Shown: positions 1 to 9,983 of the stretch, one piece after another
Numbering within the stretch: the first letter of the stretch is position 1
How the letters are laid out: the number at the start of each line of letters is the position of its first letter
DNA from: an uncultured Prolixibacteraceae bacterium
Lineage (GTDB): Bacteria; Bacteroidota; Bacteroidia; Bacteroidales; FEN-979
Length of the DNA: 64,000 nt
Direction of reading: 5' to 3'
NCBI GenBank assembly: GCA_964616825.1
Contig: CAZTSX010000010.1
Location: 525-64,524, forward strand
Program-made: the position numbers and the translations under genes
The notes under the pieces: model-generated
Databases searched by the model: none
The model's input: the letters and a program-made list of their open reading frames with translations, nothing else
Told to the model about the DNA's origin: nothing

Positions 1-402
1 TTTCTGCATGCCTATAAAATCGGAGAGATGCCTGATATTACAGGAGTGCCGGTATTTTTCACATCTTCTGTGAATACCAGGGTCTGGGAAGCGATCCTGA
101 TTTCCAGAGGAACTGATGTGCTGGATTTTGCAACCATCCGGATGATTGATACCTACGAAAACAGTAAAATGGGTCTGTTCAAATTGTTTGAAAAAGGTGA
201 AATTTACTCCATGGAGTTCCTCCTTCCCAATATGGAGAAGACCAGATTTGAGTACTATAATTACCGGACAAAAGAGTTGAGGCCGAAATATAGCTGGTTT
301 ATCAAATTTCTGTTGAGTGTTCAACAGCAATATACTGATCTTCTCAATGCAAATATTAAGTTGTCGACCTACCTGACCGAAAAAGTGTCGGAATCAAACT
401 AA
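1..402 (+). CDS. Hypothetical protein, 5'-truncated by the window edge
   Basis: Frame is open from base 1 (FLHAYKIGE-MPDITG...) to the stop at 402; no recognisable motif. Confidence 0.6.
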   Translation, partial: FLHAYKIGEMPDITGVPVFFTSSVNTRVWEAILISRGTDVLDFATIRMIDTYENSKMGLFKLFEKGEIYSMEFLLPNMEKTRFEYYNYRTKELRPKYSWFIKFLLSVQQQYTDLLNANIKLSTYLTEKVSESN

Positions 403-447
403 TCCTTTTATCCAATCCAGCTATGCTAAGACGCAATTGTTGATCCG

Positions 448-3400
448 ATGACCGAGCTCTCCAAATCCCGCAAATCCCGGCAAGGTTGGGTGCTTGGGAT
501 CGATATTGGTTCGGTCGCCCTATCCATCGTGCGGATGGATTTATCAGGGAGAATCCAAAATACCACGTACCTTTTTCATAAAGGAAAGATAAAGGAAAGT
601 CTGCTCTCTGCTACAGAGGGGATAGATATCGCTGCTGTTCGGGGAATTGCTTGCTGTGCTTCTCCCTGTTTCAATTCTGATTTCATTCATTCCTATAATT
701 CACAGATAGCTGTCATCGCGGCGACCAAAAAGCTATGTCCGACAGCACGATCCGTCCTGATGGTTGGTGCAGAGAAATTCATGCTGATCAACTTTGACAG
801 GCAGGGTGTCTACGCTTCCACTGAAACAAACTCTTCATGTGCTGCAGGAACAGGAAGCTTCCTGGATCAACAAGCATTCAGACTAAATCTTGCAGATATT
901 GGGGAGCTGTGTATTACAGCATTAAGAAACAATGGAAAGATCCCTGACATTGCCTCCCGCTGCTCCGTGTTTGCCAAGACAGATCTTATCCATGCACAGC
1001 AACAAGGCTACCCACTTGAAGCCATCTGTGACAGCCTTTGCAAGGGACTGGCAAAAAACATTGTGGATACGTTGTTCAATAAGGAGATCCCAAATCAGCC
1101 TGTTCTTTTTGCAGGAGGAGTATCTAAAAACAAAGCCGTTATTAAGCATCTGGAAAACCAATTGAATACACGTTTCCTGCTGCATGAACATGCTCATTTG
1201 TTCGGGGCAATCGGAGCCTGTTTCATGCTGTTGGAAAAGGAGGACCTTAGTCATGGGAAGAGAATCGATTTGTTCGATGAGATCTTGCTGACCGGGGAGA
1301 ATTCCAGGGAGTATTATTTTAAACCATTATCTCTTACCTTGTCTGAATATCCCGATTTTCGTAATGACGATTCCTGGAATTTTACCCCCATCAAATCATC
1401 TCATACAGCCCATGTAGAAGTTGATCCGTACGACTCCTGCAGCGGAAACCGCCATTATCCCGTATTTCTTGGAATCGATATTGGCTCTTCAAGTACGAAA
1501 GCGATCATCACAAACAAGGAAGCTCAACCTATTGCCGGCTTCTATACCCAGACCTCCGGTCAGCCTGTTCAGGCGATTCAAGCACTTTTTGAGGCCATCC
1601 ATGATTTTGGTGTCAGAAAAAATATCTCCTTTTCTATCCGGGGTGCCGGGACAACCGGGTCAGGAAGAAAATTCATCGGAAAAATCATCCGGGCTGATAT
1701 GATCATCGACGAGATCACCGCCCACGCCAGGGCTGCATACGAACTTAATCCATCTACGGATACCATCATTGAGATTGGCGGTCAGGACTCCAAGTTCACC
1801 CTCATGCACAAGGGTTCCGTAACCTTTTCTCAGATGAATACGGTATGTGCTGCCGGTACCGGAAGTTTTCTGGAGGAGCAGGCTAAAAAGCTGGCATGTC
1901 CCCTTTCTGAATATGCCACCCGGGCCGAAGGAGCCGGCGCTCCCCTTGCCAGTGACCGTTGTACTGTATTTATGGAACGGGATATCAACCAGCTCCTCAA
2001 CGCCGGCTATTCCGTGAGTGAGATCCTGGCAACGGCATTGCATTCTGTCATGGAAAACTATCTCCGGAAAGTAGCTGCAGGCGGTTCAATCGGTGAGAAT
2101 ATCTGTTTCCAGGGAGCCACAGCAAAAAACAAAGCGCTTGTTGCTGCATTTGAACAAAAACTGCAGAAAAAGATCTTTGTCTCAAGATTTTGTCATCTGA
2201 CCGGTGCGCTCGGCGTTGCTCTGTTGCTGAAAGAGGAGAAGGAAAACACCACTTCATTTCGCGGATTGGCTCTTTACCAGAAGACCATTCCGGTCACAAC
2301 CGAGACCTGCCAGCTTTGTACAAACCACTGCCTCATTACCCTGGCCACTCTTCAGGGAGAGAAGGAAGCATATGGATTTCATTGCGGCCGGGATTACGAT
2401 ACAGAAAGATATGTTGCCAAAAAGGATGTGCGGATCAGCATACCGGAAAAACACCGGCAGATTTTCAACCTGCCTGAAGAACCTCTTGTTAAACACACGA
2501 TCACAATCGGAATCCCGGCCGCATTGCATCTGTTTGAAGAGCTCTCACTCTGGAAACGCTTCTTTCACAACCTCTCAATCCGTGTAATTACCAGCGAACA
2601 CTATTCTAAACCGGTTCAAACAGGCAAACGCATTGCCGGAGCAGAATTCTGTTCTCCCATCAATGCCACCTATGGTCATGTAGCATACCTGGCTGATAAA
2701 GCAGACTATATATTCTTTCCGATATCACTTGAAGCGAATGGAAAACCGGATCAAATGGAGAGGTACTATTGTTACTATACCATTTACGCCGGCTCTCTGG
2801 TGAAAACCATGAAAGAGAAGAACATTGATGAAATGTGTATCTCGCCACTGCTCTATTTTTTCAAAGGCGAAACCTATGTCGTCAAGCAATTGGTAGAGTC
2901 TCTGGGTCCGATCTTCGGTTCTTCCATCAACCAATTTTCAGTCAGACAAGCATTCAATGAGGCGCTCCAATTCTACACGGACCGGAAAAAAGAGGTGGTC
3001 AGGTTGTTTGATGCGGAATTCCGTCCCGAATCAGAGCTCTCCATTGCGTTGCTTGGAAGACCCTATATCTTGAATTCCAAAGCCATGAATAAAGGAATAC
3101 CGGATATTTTTACGGGGATGGATATCAAGACATTCTTCCAGGATATGATCCCGGTTGAAGATCAAATTCCGGAGGAGGTTGAACGGATGCTGAAAAAAGT
3201 TCCCTGGCATTATGCGGCTAAAATCCTGGAAGCAGCAAATACAATCGCCACTACAAAAAATCTGTATCCGGTACTGATCACAGCATTTAAATGTGCTCCT
3301 GACTCTTTTGTGATTGAATACTTCAAGAAATTAATGAACCATTACGAAAAACCTTATCTGATTCTTCAGATCGATGATCATGATTCCAATGTGGGTTATG

Positions 3401-4659
3401 AGACACGAGTTGAGGCGGCTATCAGGTCATTCAAAAATCATGTTGCTGCTGAAAAAGAGCCTCAAAAAGGAAGGTTGGAAATCCTTCCTCAGCTCAAGAC
3501 AAAAATCAATGGAAAAACACTCTTGTTCCCCAGTTGGGATCCGCTGGTTGCACCGTTACTGGTAGCTAACCTCAAACGTGCCGGTATCGATACCAGGCTG
3601 CTGCAATCCAGCGAACAGATCATGAAAAAAAGTATGGTTCACAACACGGGACAGTGTCTTCCTATGAATATCATCGCACAGGAATTCATCGATTACATTG
3701 AGGCGAATGGATTGAGACCTGAAGATGCCATACTTTGGATGTCGAAAGGATATATTCCATGTAATTTACGGTTTTTCCCATATTACATTAAAAGCATCCT
3801 GGAAGACTATGGAAAAGGATTTGAAAAGGCCTCTGTTTACTTTGGTGAGTTATCCCACCTTGAAATATCCTATGGGGCAGGTTATTACGCCTATTTTGCC
3901 TACCTGCTGGGAGGACTGATCCGGAAACTCGGTTGCAGGATCAGGCCTTATGAAATCAACAAAGGAGAGACAGATGATGTTATAACACAGAGTGTCCGTA
4001 TCCTTGAGGAAGCATTTTCAGGGAACCGGAATATTGAACATGCAGTTCTCGGGATCATCTCCGGATTTGAACAAATTGAGAAGGTAGAGGGTAACCGGCC
4101 GGGAGTCGCTATTTTTGGGGACCTCTATGTTCGGGATAACGATATCATGAACCAAAACCTGATCCAAACCATTGAAAAGGCAGGTGGAGAAGCAATCACA
4201 ACACCCTATACCGATCTCGTAAAAATCAACATCGAGAATACCCTGCGGCGTGCCAGTGCCCGTGGTGATTATTACATGAACGGGGTTTACCGTGTGATGC
4301 TGGCTACATTGAAAGTGATGGAAGAGAAATATTACAAACACTTCCGGCCTTTCCTTGGAGATAAACCGGTCATCAATCCGAAACAGCTTGAGAAACACCT
4401 GGAAAAATTCAATATTAACCTGTACCACTCCGGGGAGTCATACGAAAACATCCTGAAGATCTTCTACATCATCGAAAATTATCCCGATATCTCTCTTTTT
4501 GTGCAAACCAATCCCGCTTTTTGCTGCCCATCGCTGGTCACAGAAGCCATGACCCATGAGATCAAACGTATCACCGGAATTCCGGTGGTTACATTGACTT
4601 ATGACGGAACTATCGGCAAGAAAAATGATGTGATCGAGCCCTATCTGGCCCATCTATAA
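448..4659 (+). CDS. Acyl-CoA dehydratase activase-related multidomain protein (two HgdC/BadF-type ASKHA ATPase domains, DUF2229-like and dehydratase-like C-terminal regions)
   Basis: 1403 aa. Two copies of GIDIGS...CAAGTG.FL..QA..L...RC.VF (4Fe-4S ligand Cys) and GATGSGR/IEIGGQDSK motifs; C-terminal CAPDSF, TGQCLP and NPAFCCP motifs typical of this fused family. Confidence 0.88.
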   Translation: MTELSKSRKSRQGWVLGIDIGSVALSIVRMDLSGRIQNTTYLFHKGKIKESLLSATEGIDIAAVRGIACCASPCFNSDFIHSYNSQIAVIAATKKLCPTARSVLMVGAEKFMLINFDRQGVYASTETNSSCAAGTGSFLDQQAFRLNLADIGELCITALRNNGKIPDIASRCSVFAKTDLIHAQQQGYPLEAICDSLCKGLAKNIVDTLFNKEIPNQPVLFAGGVSKNKAVIKHLENQLNTRFLLHEHAHLFGAIGACFMLLEKEDLSHGKRIDLFDEILLTGENSREYYFKPLSLTLSEYPDFRNDDSWNFTPIKSSHTAHVEVDPYDSCSGNRHYPVFLGIDIGSSSTKAIITNKEAQPIAGFYTQTSGQPVQAIQALFEAIHDFGVRKNISFSIRGAGTTGSGRKFIGKIIRADMIIDEITAHARAAYELNPSTDTIIEIGGQDSKFTLMHKGSVTFSQMNTVCAAGTGSFLEEQAKKLACPLSEYATRAEGAGAPLASDRCTVFMERDINQLLNAGYSVSEILATALHSVMENYLRKVAAGGSIGENICFQGATAKNKALVAAFEQKLQKKIFVSRFCHLTGALGVALLLKEEKENTTSFRGLALYQKTIPVTTETCQLCTNHCLITLATLQGEKEAYGFHCGRDYDTERYVAKKDVRISIPEKHRQIFNLPEEPLVKHTITIGIPAALHLFEELSLWKRFFHNLSIRVITSEHYSKPVQTGKRIAGAEFCSPINATYGHVAYLADKADYIFFPISLEANGKPDQMERYYCYYTIYAGSLVKTMKEKNIDEMCISPLLYFFKGETYVVKQLVESLGPIFGSSINQFSVRQAFNEALQFYTDRKKEVVRLFDAEFRPESELSIALLGRPYILNSKAMNKGIPDIFTGMDIKTFFQDMIPVEDQIPEEVERMLKKVPWHYAAKILEAANTIATTKNLYPVLITAFKCAPDSFVIEYFKKLMNHYEKPYLILQIDDHDSNVGYETRVEAAIRSFKNHVAAEKEPQKGRLEILPQLKTKINGKTLLFPSWDPLVAPLLVANLKRAGIDTRLLQSSEQIMKKSMVHNTGQCLPMNIIAQEFIDYIEANGLRPEDAILWMSKGYIPCNLRFFPYYIKSILEDYGKGFEKASVYFGELSHLEISYGAGYYAYFAYLLGGLIRKLGCRIRPYEINKGETDDVITQSVRILEEAFSGNRNIEHAVLGIISGFEQIEKVEGNRPGVAIFGDLYVRDNDIMNQNLIQTIEKAGGEAITTPYTDLVKINIENTLRRASARGDYYMNGVYRVMLATLKVMEEKYYKHFRPFLGDKPVINPKQLEKHLEKFNINLYHSGESYENILKIFYIIENYPDISLFVQTNPAFCCPSLVTEAMTHEIKRITGIPVVTLTYDGTIGKKNDVIEPYLAHL

Positions 4660-4676
4660 TATGAATTATTATAACA

Positions 4677-7600
4677 TTATTCTTTCCGGAGTGTTTGGAT
4701 CAGATCCCTTTTAAAAAGGAGTTGGACCGGGATCAGGATCCACACCGCTCCGCTTATCCATATCATCCCCAGTACCACCACGAGAAATCCTCCCGGCATC
4801 TGGTAGGCCGGTGAGATCAGAGAGGGAAGTATTCCCGCTACCGCTCCGATAATTCCCAGGACCATCCCGGCGAGAAGAATCAGAAGATATTCGATCATCA
4901 GCATTTTGCGGATGAAGTTCTTTCGAAATCCAATAGCCATATAGAGCGCCAGCTCACTGGTTCGTTCGAGGTTGTTACGCCAGAGGATGATGCCAAAACC
5001 AACCGTTCCGATCAGCACACCCAGTGCACCGAGGAGCATGAAGACCGACAGATAGGTGTTCTCTACGGAGTTGAATTCAGCCAGGCGTTCGGAGGCCGGA
5101 ACTGCCACCAGTCCATAGTCCACAAACAGCTCTTCAAGCCGGTTTGTGATCTCCTTTCGATGGTCAAATGGCCCCTCCACCAGCATGATCCGGGTTCCAC
5201 TGATAGAGGGGAACCGGTTTTTTAACAAGCTGTCGGAAACCAGGATATGTCCCTGGAAAATGGAGTTCGCCAATCCTCCCATCAGTTTTACCTGCAATAC
5301 CCTGCCTGCTTCATCAAGGTACCGGAGGGTATCGCCAACCGTTTTCCGCAATCCCCAGGTAATGACCGACTGATCCGCGAAGGCCGGGATCACGCCTGGT
5401 GAAAGCTCCTGGCTAAGCGTCAGCCATGGATGTTCCGGGTCTACTTCAGGGAGGAGATTCTCAAAGTTGAATGCGCCCAATGTATCAAAATTTCTTCCCG
5501 GGATCCCCAGCATCATGGGTTGCGTAACCTGGTTCAGGTTCAGGCAGCTGGCGTCATTGCCATCCAGCCGGTGCAATTGAAGATACCGGAGATCCTGCAA
5601 CAGGAGCTCATCGTCCAGCGCAAAATAGGCTTTCCCTGAAGTGGTGTTCAGGTCGTACAACAGGGGTATCGTCGTTTCGGCCCACAGGAGAAAACCTCCT
5701 GTTCCAGATTGGCGGTCTCTCTCGGTTCCAAAGAATGTTTTTCGGTTGGCTCCGGTGATGATGACAGTAAATGTCCCCAGGGCTAATAAAGATATCGCAG
5801 CCATACTCCTTCCCCGCTTCATGGATCCGAGCCTTACTATCATGGGCAACAAACCTGTATGGCCGGTAACATGTCTCTTTGATCGCCAGACAAGGAACAC
5901 ATAAACAAGAGCGATCCCTCCGCCCATCATCAGTCCACCAGCAGTGAGGTATAAGCCGGCATCAGGGACCATTAAGTCTGCCAGCAAAACAACCAGCAGC
6001 ACAATGGAGATGATCACAAGCATGATCCCGGTTCCCATCCATGCCTTTTTTTTCCGCTGAAGCCTACGTCCGGGAAGTCGTGGCGTCTCCTTCACCAGGC
6101 CGGTAACAGGTCGCCGGAGTTGTCTTCTCAGGGTTAAAAAGAGAACACATCCCGCCAGAATAAATCCTACAGCAGCTCCGGCAGCCAGAGAGGGAAGATT
6201 CACCTCCATCCGGAGCATCGAGGTTCTCACAGCATCCTGCCATAGTGTGTTTAGCCCTAAGAGGATAAGCTTATTATATAGAATTCCTGCGATGGCTCCA
6301 AGGATCACACCCGGAATTGCCACCAGGAGGGCTTCGGAAAAGAGGATCCGCATGATCAGCCATTTCCGGAATCCGAGCCCGGCTAACACCCCTGTTTCCG
6401 ACATCCTTGCTCTGGCATGAAGAGAGAATAGCAGTGCTGTGAGCAGGAGGGAAGAGGCAAGGAGAAAAAAGCTGAGACTCAGGAAGAGGCCTCCGAAATC
6501 AGTGGAATTCGCAGCTGCCTGTTGTCCCTGTTCCCTGACATGCTGAAAGACAAACCGGTGCCAGGAGGGATTTATCGCTGTCATAATGAGGGAGTCAACG
6601 GATGCCTGATTCCGGATGCCGTTGCCACATTGCGCTCGCAATGACAATGATGCCGGATTAGAAATGAAGCGGAAGGCTGTGACCGTTCCGAATGGATTAT
6701 CCCAGAGTTTCTCCCCATCTTCCAGGGTGATGAACGCTTTCGGGGTTCCTTTGAATGTATTCCAGTAGGCTTCATCCTTATCACGGATCCGATCCAGGTT
6801 CACCGGCGCTCCTGTTTCCCAGTCCCTGCAGTTACCGGCGCCGCTCATACCGGGAAAATCGGGCATCATTGTTTTGCCATCCGGAATGGCCTGCAGGGGA
6901 ATGATACCGGAGACTGTGAATCCTGCCTCTATTTCATTCAATCTCCTCAGCGGGCCCATAACATAATAGGTCATGTATAGTGAGTCTCCCGGCCTGACAC
7001 CCAGATCGGTAGCGAGCCAGTCGGTGACCAAGATCTCTCCGGGTGATAATGGCATCGGTAAAATTCCTTCATCCACGGCTGCCACAAACGAATAGGGTGT
7101 CTCTTCCCCGTTGGAAGTAAGGGTGTTGGCCAGGTAGGTAAAGAGGGGCAGGGCATCTGGAAGAGCAGTCCGGATGGCATTGGCAGTGAGATCGTCGAAG
7201 AAGATCCTGTCTGTGGTTATCCGGGATAATCCGCTTTCATCAAGTAGATTAATCTTGATTCCGGCATCTGCCATCTGCCAGGTTGACTCAAGGGCTTGAT
7301 CCAGTTTGTCTGCTGTCAGTTCATCGTTCTCTTCTGCGGGTATCAGCAACAGATTGGCAGATCCCGGGAGGCCGACCCGGCCGGCGAGCTGATCCATCAA
7401 GACAAACGCATTGTAAGGAGCCCGTTGATTGCTTTTCAGGCTGAACCTTCCCATTACCTCATTTCCTGCAATAGCTATAACCGTTAGCCGGATGGATGCT
7501 GCAGGCGTTTCATCAGCCACGAATGGCGCATTTTGAGGCACATTTCCCGGTTGCGGCAGACGAATCAATAGGGGATCTCCTGGTTCAAGAGCCAGACGTG

Positions 7601-8015
7601 ATGCCACGTTTTCACTGATAATCACTTCGTTCGCCTTAGGCAGTACCGGAGATGCTTTCCATAAAGAGGAAAAGCTGTTGTCGACTCCCACCACCTGTAT
7701 ATCCTGTAATCGATTGCCTGTCATGACATTGACCCCAATACCTGTCAACTGCATTACCGGCACCACAGGTTGCTCCAGTTCACGGGAGAGGTCAGCAGAA
7801 AGCGCTGACCTGAAATAGCGATCGCCCGGTTGCATCGCCCATTGTGTATCGCCCAATCTCAGTTCGGCCAGTCTTCCCAACGAACCTCTCACCGAATCCC
7901 CTACCAGTAGAGCTCCGGTCAGCACCGCTGTACTGACTATCACCCCAGCCAAAATAGCCAGGTAGGGCCACCGGTAAAAAATTACATTCCGGAAGATCAG
8001 CTTACCAATACTCAT
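4677..8015 (-). CDS. Large ABC transporter permease, MacB/FtsX/LolE type with duplicated FtsX domains
   Basis: 1112 aa. N-terminal TM with ALLVGDSVRGSL, two clusters of TM helices with R..E.G.L.G.GF and E.ALY.AIGF motifs and large periplasmic loops; overlaps the ABC ATPase by 4 bp. Confidence 0.88.
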   Translation of the reverse strand: MSIGKLIFRNVIFYRWPYLAILAGVIVSTAVLTGALLVGDSVRGSLGRLAELRLGDTQWAMQPGDRYFRSALSADLSRELEQPVVPVMQLTGIGVNVMTGNRLQDIQVVGVDNSFSSLWKASPVLPKANEVIISENVASRLALEPGDPLLIRLPQPGNVPQNAPFVADETPAASIRLTVIAIAGNEVMGRFSLKSNQRAPYNAFVLMDQLAGRVGLPGSANLLLIPAEENDELTADKLDQALESTWQMADAGIKINLLDESGLSRITTDRIFFDDLTANAIRTALPDALPLFTYLANTLTSNGEETPYSFVAAVDEGILPMPLSPGEILVTDWLATDLGVRPGDSLYMTYYVMGPLRRLNEIEAGFTVSGIIPLQAIPDGKTMMPDFPGMSGAGNCRDWETGAPVNLDRIRDKDEAYWNTFKGTPKAFITLEDGEKLWDNPFGTVTAFRFISNPASLSLRAQCGNGIRNQASVDSLIMTAINPSWHRFVFQHVREQGQQAAANSTDFGGLFLSLSFFLLASSLLLTALLFSLHARARMSETGVLAGLGFRKWLIMRILFSEALLVAIPGVILGAIAGILYNKLILLGLNTLWQDAVRTSMLRMEVNLPSLAAGAAVGFILAGCVLFLTLRRQLRRPVTGLVKETPRLPGRRLQRKKKAWMGTGIMLVIISIVLLVVLLADLMVPDAGLYLTAGGLMMGGGIALVYVFLVWRSKRHVTGHTGLLPMIVRLGSMKRGRSMAAISLLALGTFTVIITGANRKTFFGTERDRQSGTGGFLLWAETTIPLLYDLNTTSGKAYFALDDELLLQDLRYLQLHRLDGNDASCLNLNQVTQPMMLGIPGRNFDTLGAFNFENLLPEVDPEHPWLTLSQELSPGVIPAFADQSVITWGLRKTVGDTLRYLDEAGRVLQVKLMGGLANSIFQGHILVSDSLLKNRFPSISGTRIMLVEGPFDHRKEITNRLEELFVDYGLVAVPASERLAEFNSVENTYLSVFMLLGALGVLIGTVGFGIILWRNNLERTSELALYMAIGFRKNFIRKMLMIEYLLILLAGMVLGIIGAVAGILPSLISPAYQMPGGFLVVVLGMIWISGAVWILIPVQLLFKRDLIQTLRKE

Positions 8016-8683
8016 GGTTGGTCAATTTTTTCGAGCCTGCCTGAGTGGAGTTTATAAATGACTTTCATTCGCCTGGCTATCTCCATCGAGTGGGTAACGA
8101 TTACCATCCCCATCTCCTCTTCTCTGTTTAATTCTCCAAGTAGTATCCCAAGGGAGGCGGTATTCACCTCATCTAGTGAACCTGTAGGTTCATCAGCCAG
8201 GAGGAGCCCCGGATTATTGATCAGGGCTCTCACTACAGCGGCACGCTGGCACTCACCTACTGACAGTTCGCCGGGAAGGTGTTTCACACGATCGTTCAAA
8301 CCAACTCTGTCAAGGAACTTGTAAGCTCTCTGTTCGGCCTTTTTCACGACAAGTTTATCCTTTACAGGAAGCACTGGAAGAAGAGTATTTTCCAGCAATG
8401 TAAGCTGGGGGAGCAGGTAATGAAGCTGAAACACAAAACCGATAAATTGATTCCTGATTCCGGCTAATTGATTATCATCCAGCTTGTCAACTGCTTTACC
8501 ATTAAGAATGACCCGTCCGGAGGTGGGGCGGTCAAGTGTTCCCAGGATATTCAGCAACGTACTTTTCCCGGATCCTGAGGGGCCGACGATCGCGATTGAA
8601 TCTCCACGATGAATGGTCAGGGAGATCTCTTTCAGTACGGGGTGATCGTATTGTTTGGATACGTTTTGAAACTCTGCCAGCAT
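8012..8683 (-). CDS. ABC transporter ATP-binding protein (LolD/MacB type)
   Basis: Walker A GPSGSGKS, Q-loop FVFQ, signature LSVGECQR, Walker B LLLADEPTG, H-loop VTH. Confidence 0.93.
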   Translation of the reverse strand: MLAEFQNVSKQYDHPVLKEISLTIHRGDSIAIVGPSGSGKSTLLNILGTLDRPTSGRVILNGKAVDKLDDNQLAGIRNQFIGFVFQLHYLLPQLTLLENTLLPVLPVKDKLVVKKAEQRAYKFLDRVGLNDRVKHLPGELSVGECQRAAVVRALINNPGLLLADEPTGSLDEVNTASLGILLGELNREEEMGMVIVTHSMEIARRMKVIYKLHSGRLEKIDQP

Positions 8684-8687
8684 AATA

Positions 8688-9983
8688 TTATTGTTTTTTG
8701 TTCAGGATCTGTTGATATATTTCTACCATCTTCCGGGTGAGGTTCCTACAATTAAACTGCCTTCTAACAGCTTTGATTCCTTCAGTACTCATCTGCTCAA
8801 TTTGTTCAGCAGAACCCAGCACATCTGAAAGTTTTGCTGCCAGGGCAGAAGAGGTATTTGGCCGGTAAACCACGCCACCGCCGGTGGCTTCTATGATCTC
8901 AGGAAATGCACCCAATGCAGGTTGAACCAGGGGAACTCCCGAGGCCAGTGCTTCGAGCTGGTAGAGCCCGAATGCTTCTCCTTTCAGCACCGGAACAGAC
9001 AGCAGTGTGATCTTCCGGAAAAAGTCGCTGAGTTGGTCCTGCCGAAAATCATGCATGATCTCCACCTGGCCGGAGAGATTAGCTTGCTTCAGTTTCTGCA
9101 TCTGCTTGTTGATAAAGGGCTTGTCGTCACCAGTCATCCCCCCGGTAGCATAGAGTCGCAATGGGGCAAACGAATTATTCTGTTTCAATTCAATAAATGC
9201 ATCGATGAGCAATTCAAATCCATTCTCTTCATTCATCCGGGAAAGATATCCGATGGCAGGAGGATCGGTGGCCAGCCGGGTAGGCTCATAGGCATCGGCA
9301 TTTACACCAATATAGACAACATGGAGTTTTTCATCTGGGATCTTCATCCGTTGCTGCATCACCCCTGCATAAAAGTGGCTGACTGCAATAAATCCATCCA
9401 CATCCTCTCCTTTCTGAGCCATCAACTCCCAGATACGTTTCCGGAACGATTCATGCATGGCATCCACCCAAACATCTTCATCCTGCAGAGAGAAAATCAC
9501 CGGAGTTTTCACCTCTTCCTTGATTCGTTTCGCTAATCCAAGAAGCAATGCATTCGAAAGATGCACTACGTCGGGTTTTTCCTTTTTGAGAAAGTCAACC
9601 AGCTCTTCAAGTTCTTGGTGTTGGTTTCCTTCACTTCCCAAAAGCATCGATTCGGTCATCTCCTCGAGTCCTGTTGCCCTCGTAGAACCTGCTTTGTGCG
9701 CTGCATAGCTGAGTATGGCTTTGGAGTTCAGGAACCGTTCCATAAATCCCGGCATGCTTCTTAACCAGGGATAGTTCTGCTTCAGGTAAAGGATTACTGC
9801 GCCGTAAAAAACCGGGACTTCGTCAGGTTTGGTTTGTCCGTTCAACGTTAATGGCAGGTACATAGGAACTGTGAGTGCATCGTGCCCCTCATTGCGAAGG
9901 GATTGCACCAGGGCACTGTCGCGAAGGCAATTCCCGCAATAAAATGTTCCTCCAAAACCCGGTACGATCTGGATAATTTTCAT
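8688..9983 (-). CDS. Glycosyltransferase family 4 (GT-B) with N-terminal CxxC
   Basis: EAFGLYQLEALASG (EX7E) motif and GT-B layout. Start placed at MKIIQIVPG (9983), giving an ATGA overlap with the upstream gene; the ORF-track extension to 10085 overlaps that gene. Confidence 0.85.
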   Translation of the reverse strand: MKIIQIVPGFGGTFYCGNCLRDSALVQSLRNEGHDALTVPMYLPLTLNGQTKPDEVPVFYGAVILYLKQNYPWLRSMPGFMERFLNSKAILSYAAHKAGSTRATGLEEMTESMLLGSEGNQHQELEELVDFLKKEKPDVVHLSNALLLGLAKRIKEEVKTPVIFSLQDEDVWVDAMHESFRKRIWELMAQKGEDVDGFIAVSHFYAGVMQQRMKIPDEKLHVVYIGVNADAYEPTRLATDPPAIGYLSRMNEENGFELLIDAFIELKQNNSFAPLRLYATGGMTGDDKPFINKQMQKLKQANLSGQVEIMHDFRQDQLSDFFRKITLLSVPVLKGEAFGLYQLEALASGVPLVQPALGAFPEIIEATGGGVVYRPNTSSALAAKLSDVLGSAEQIEQMSTEGIKAVRRQFNCRNLTRKMVEIYQQILNKKQ

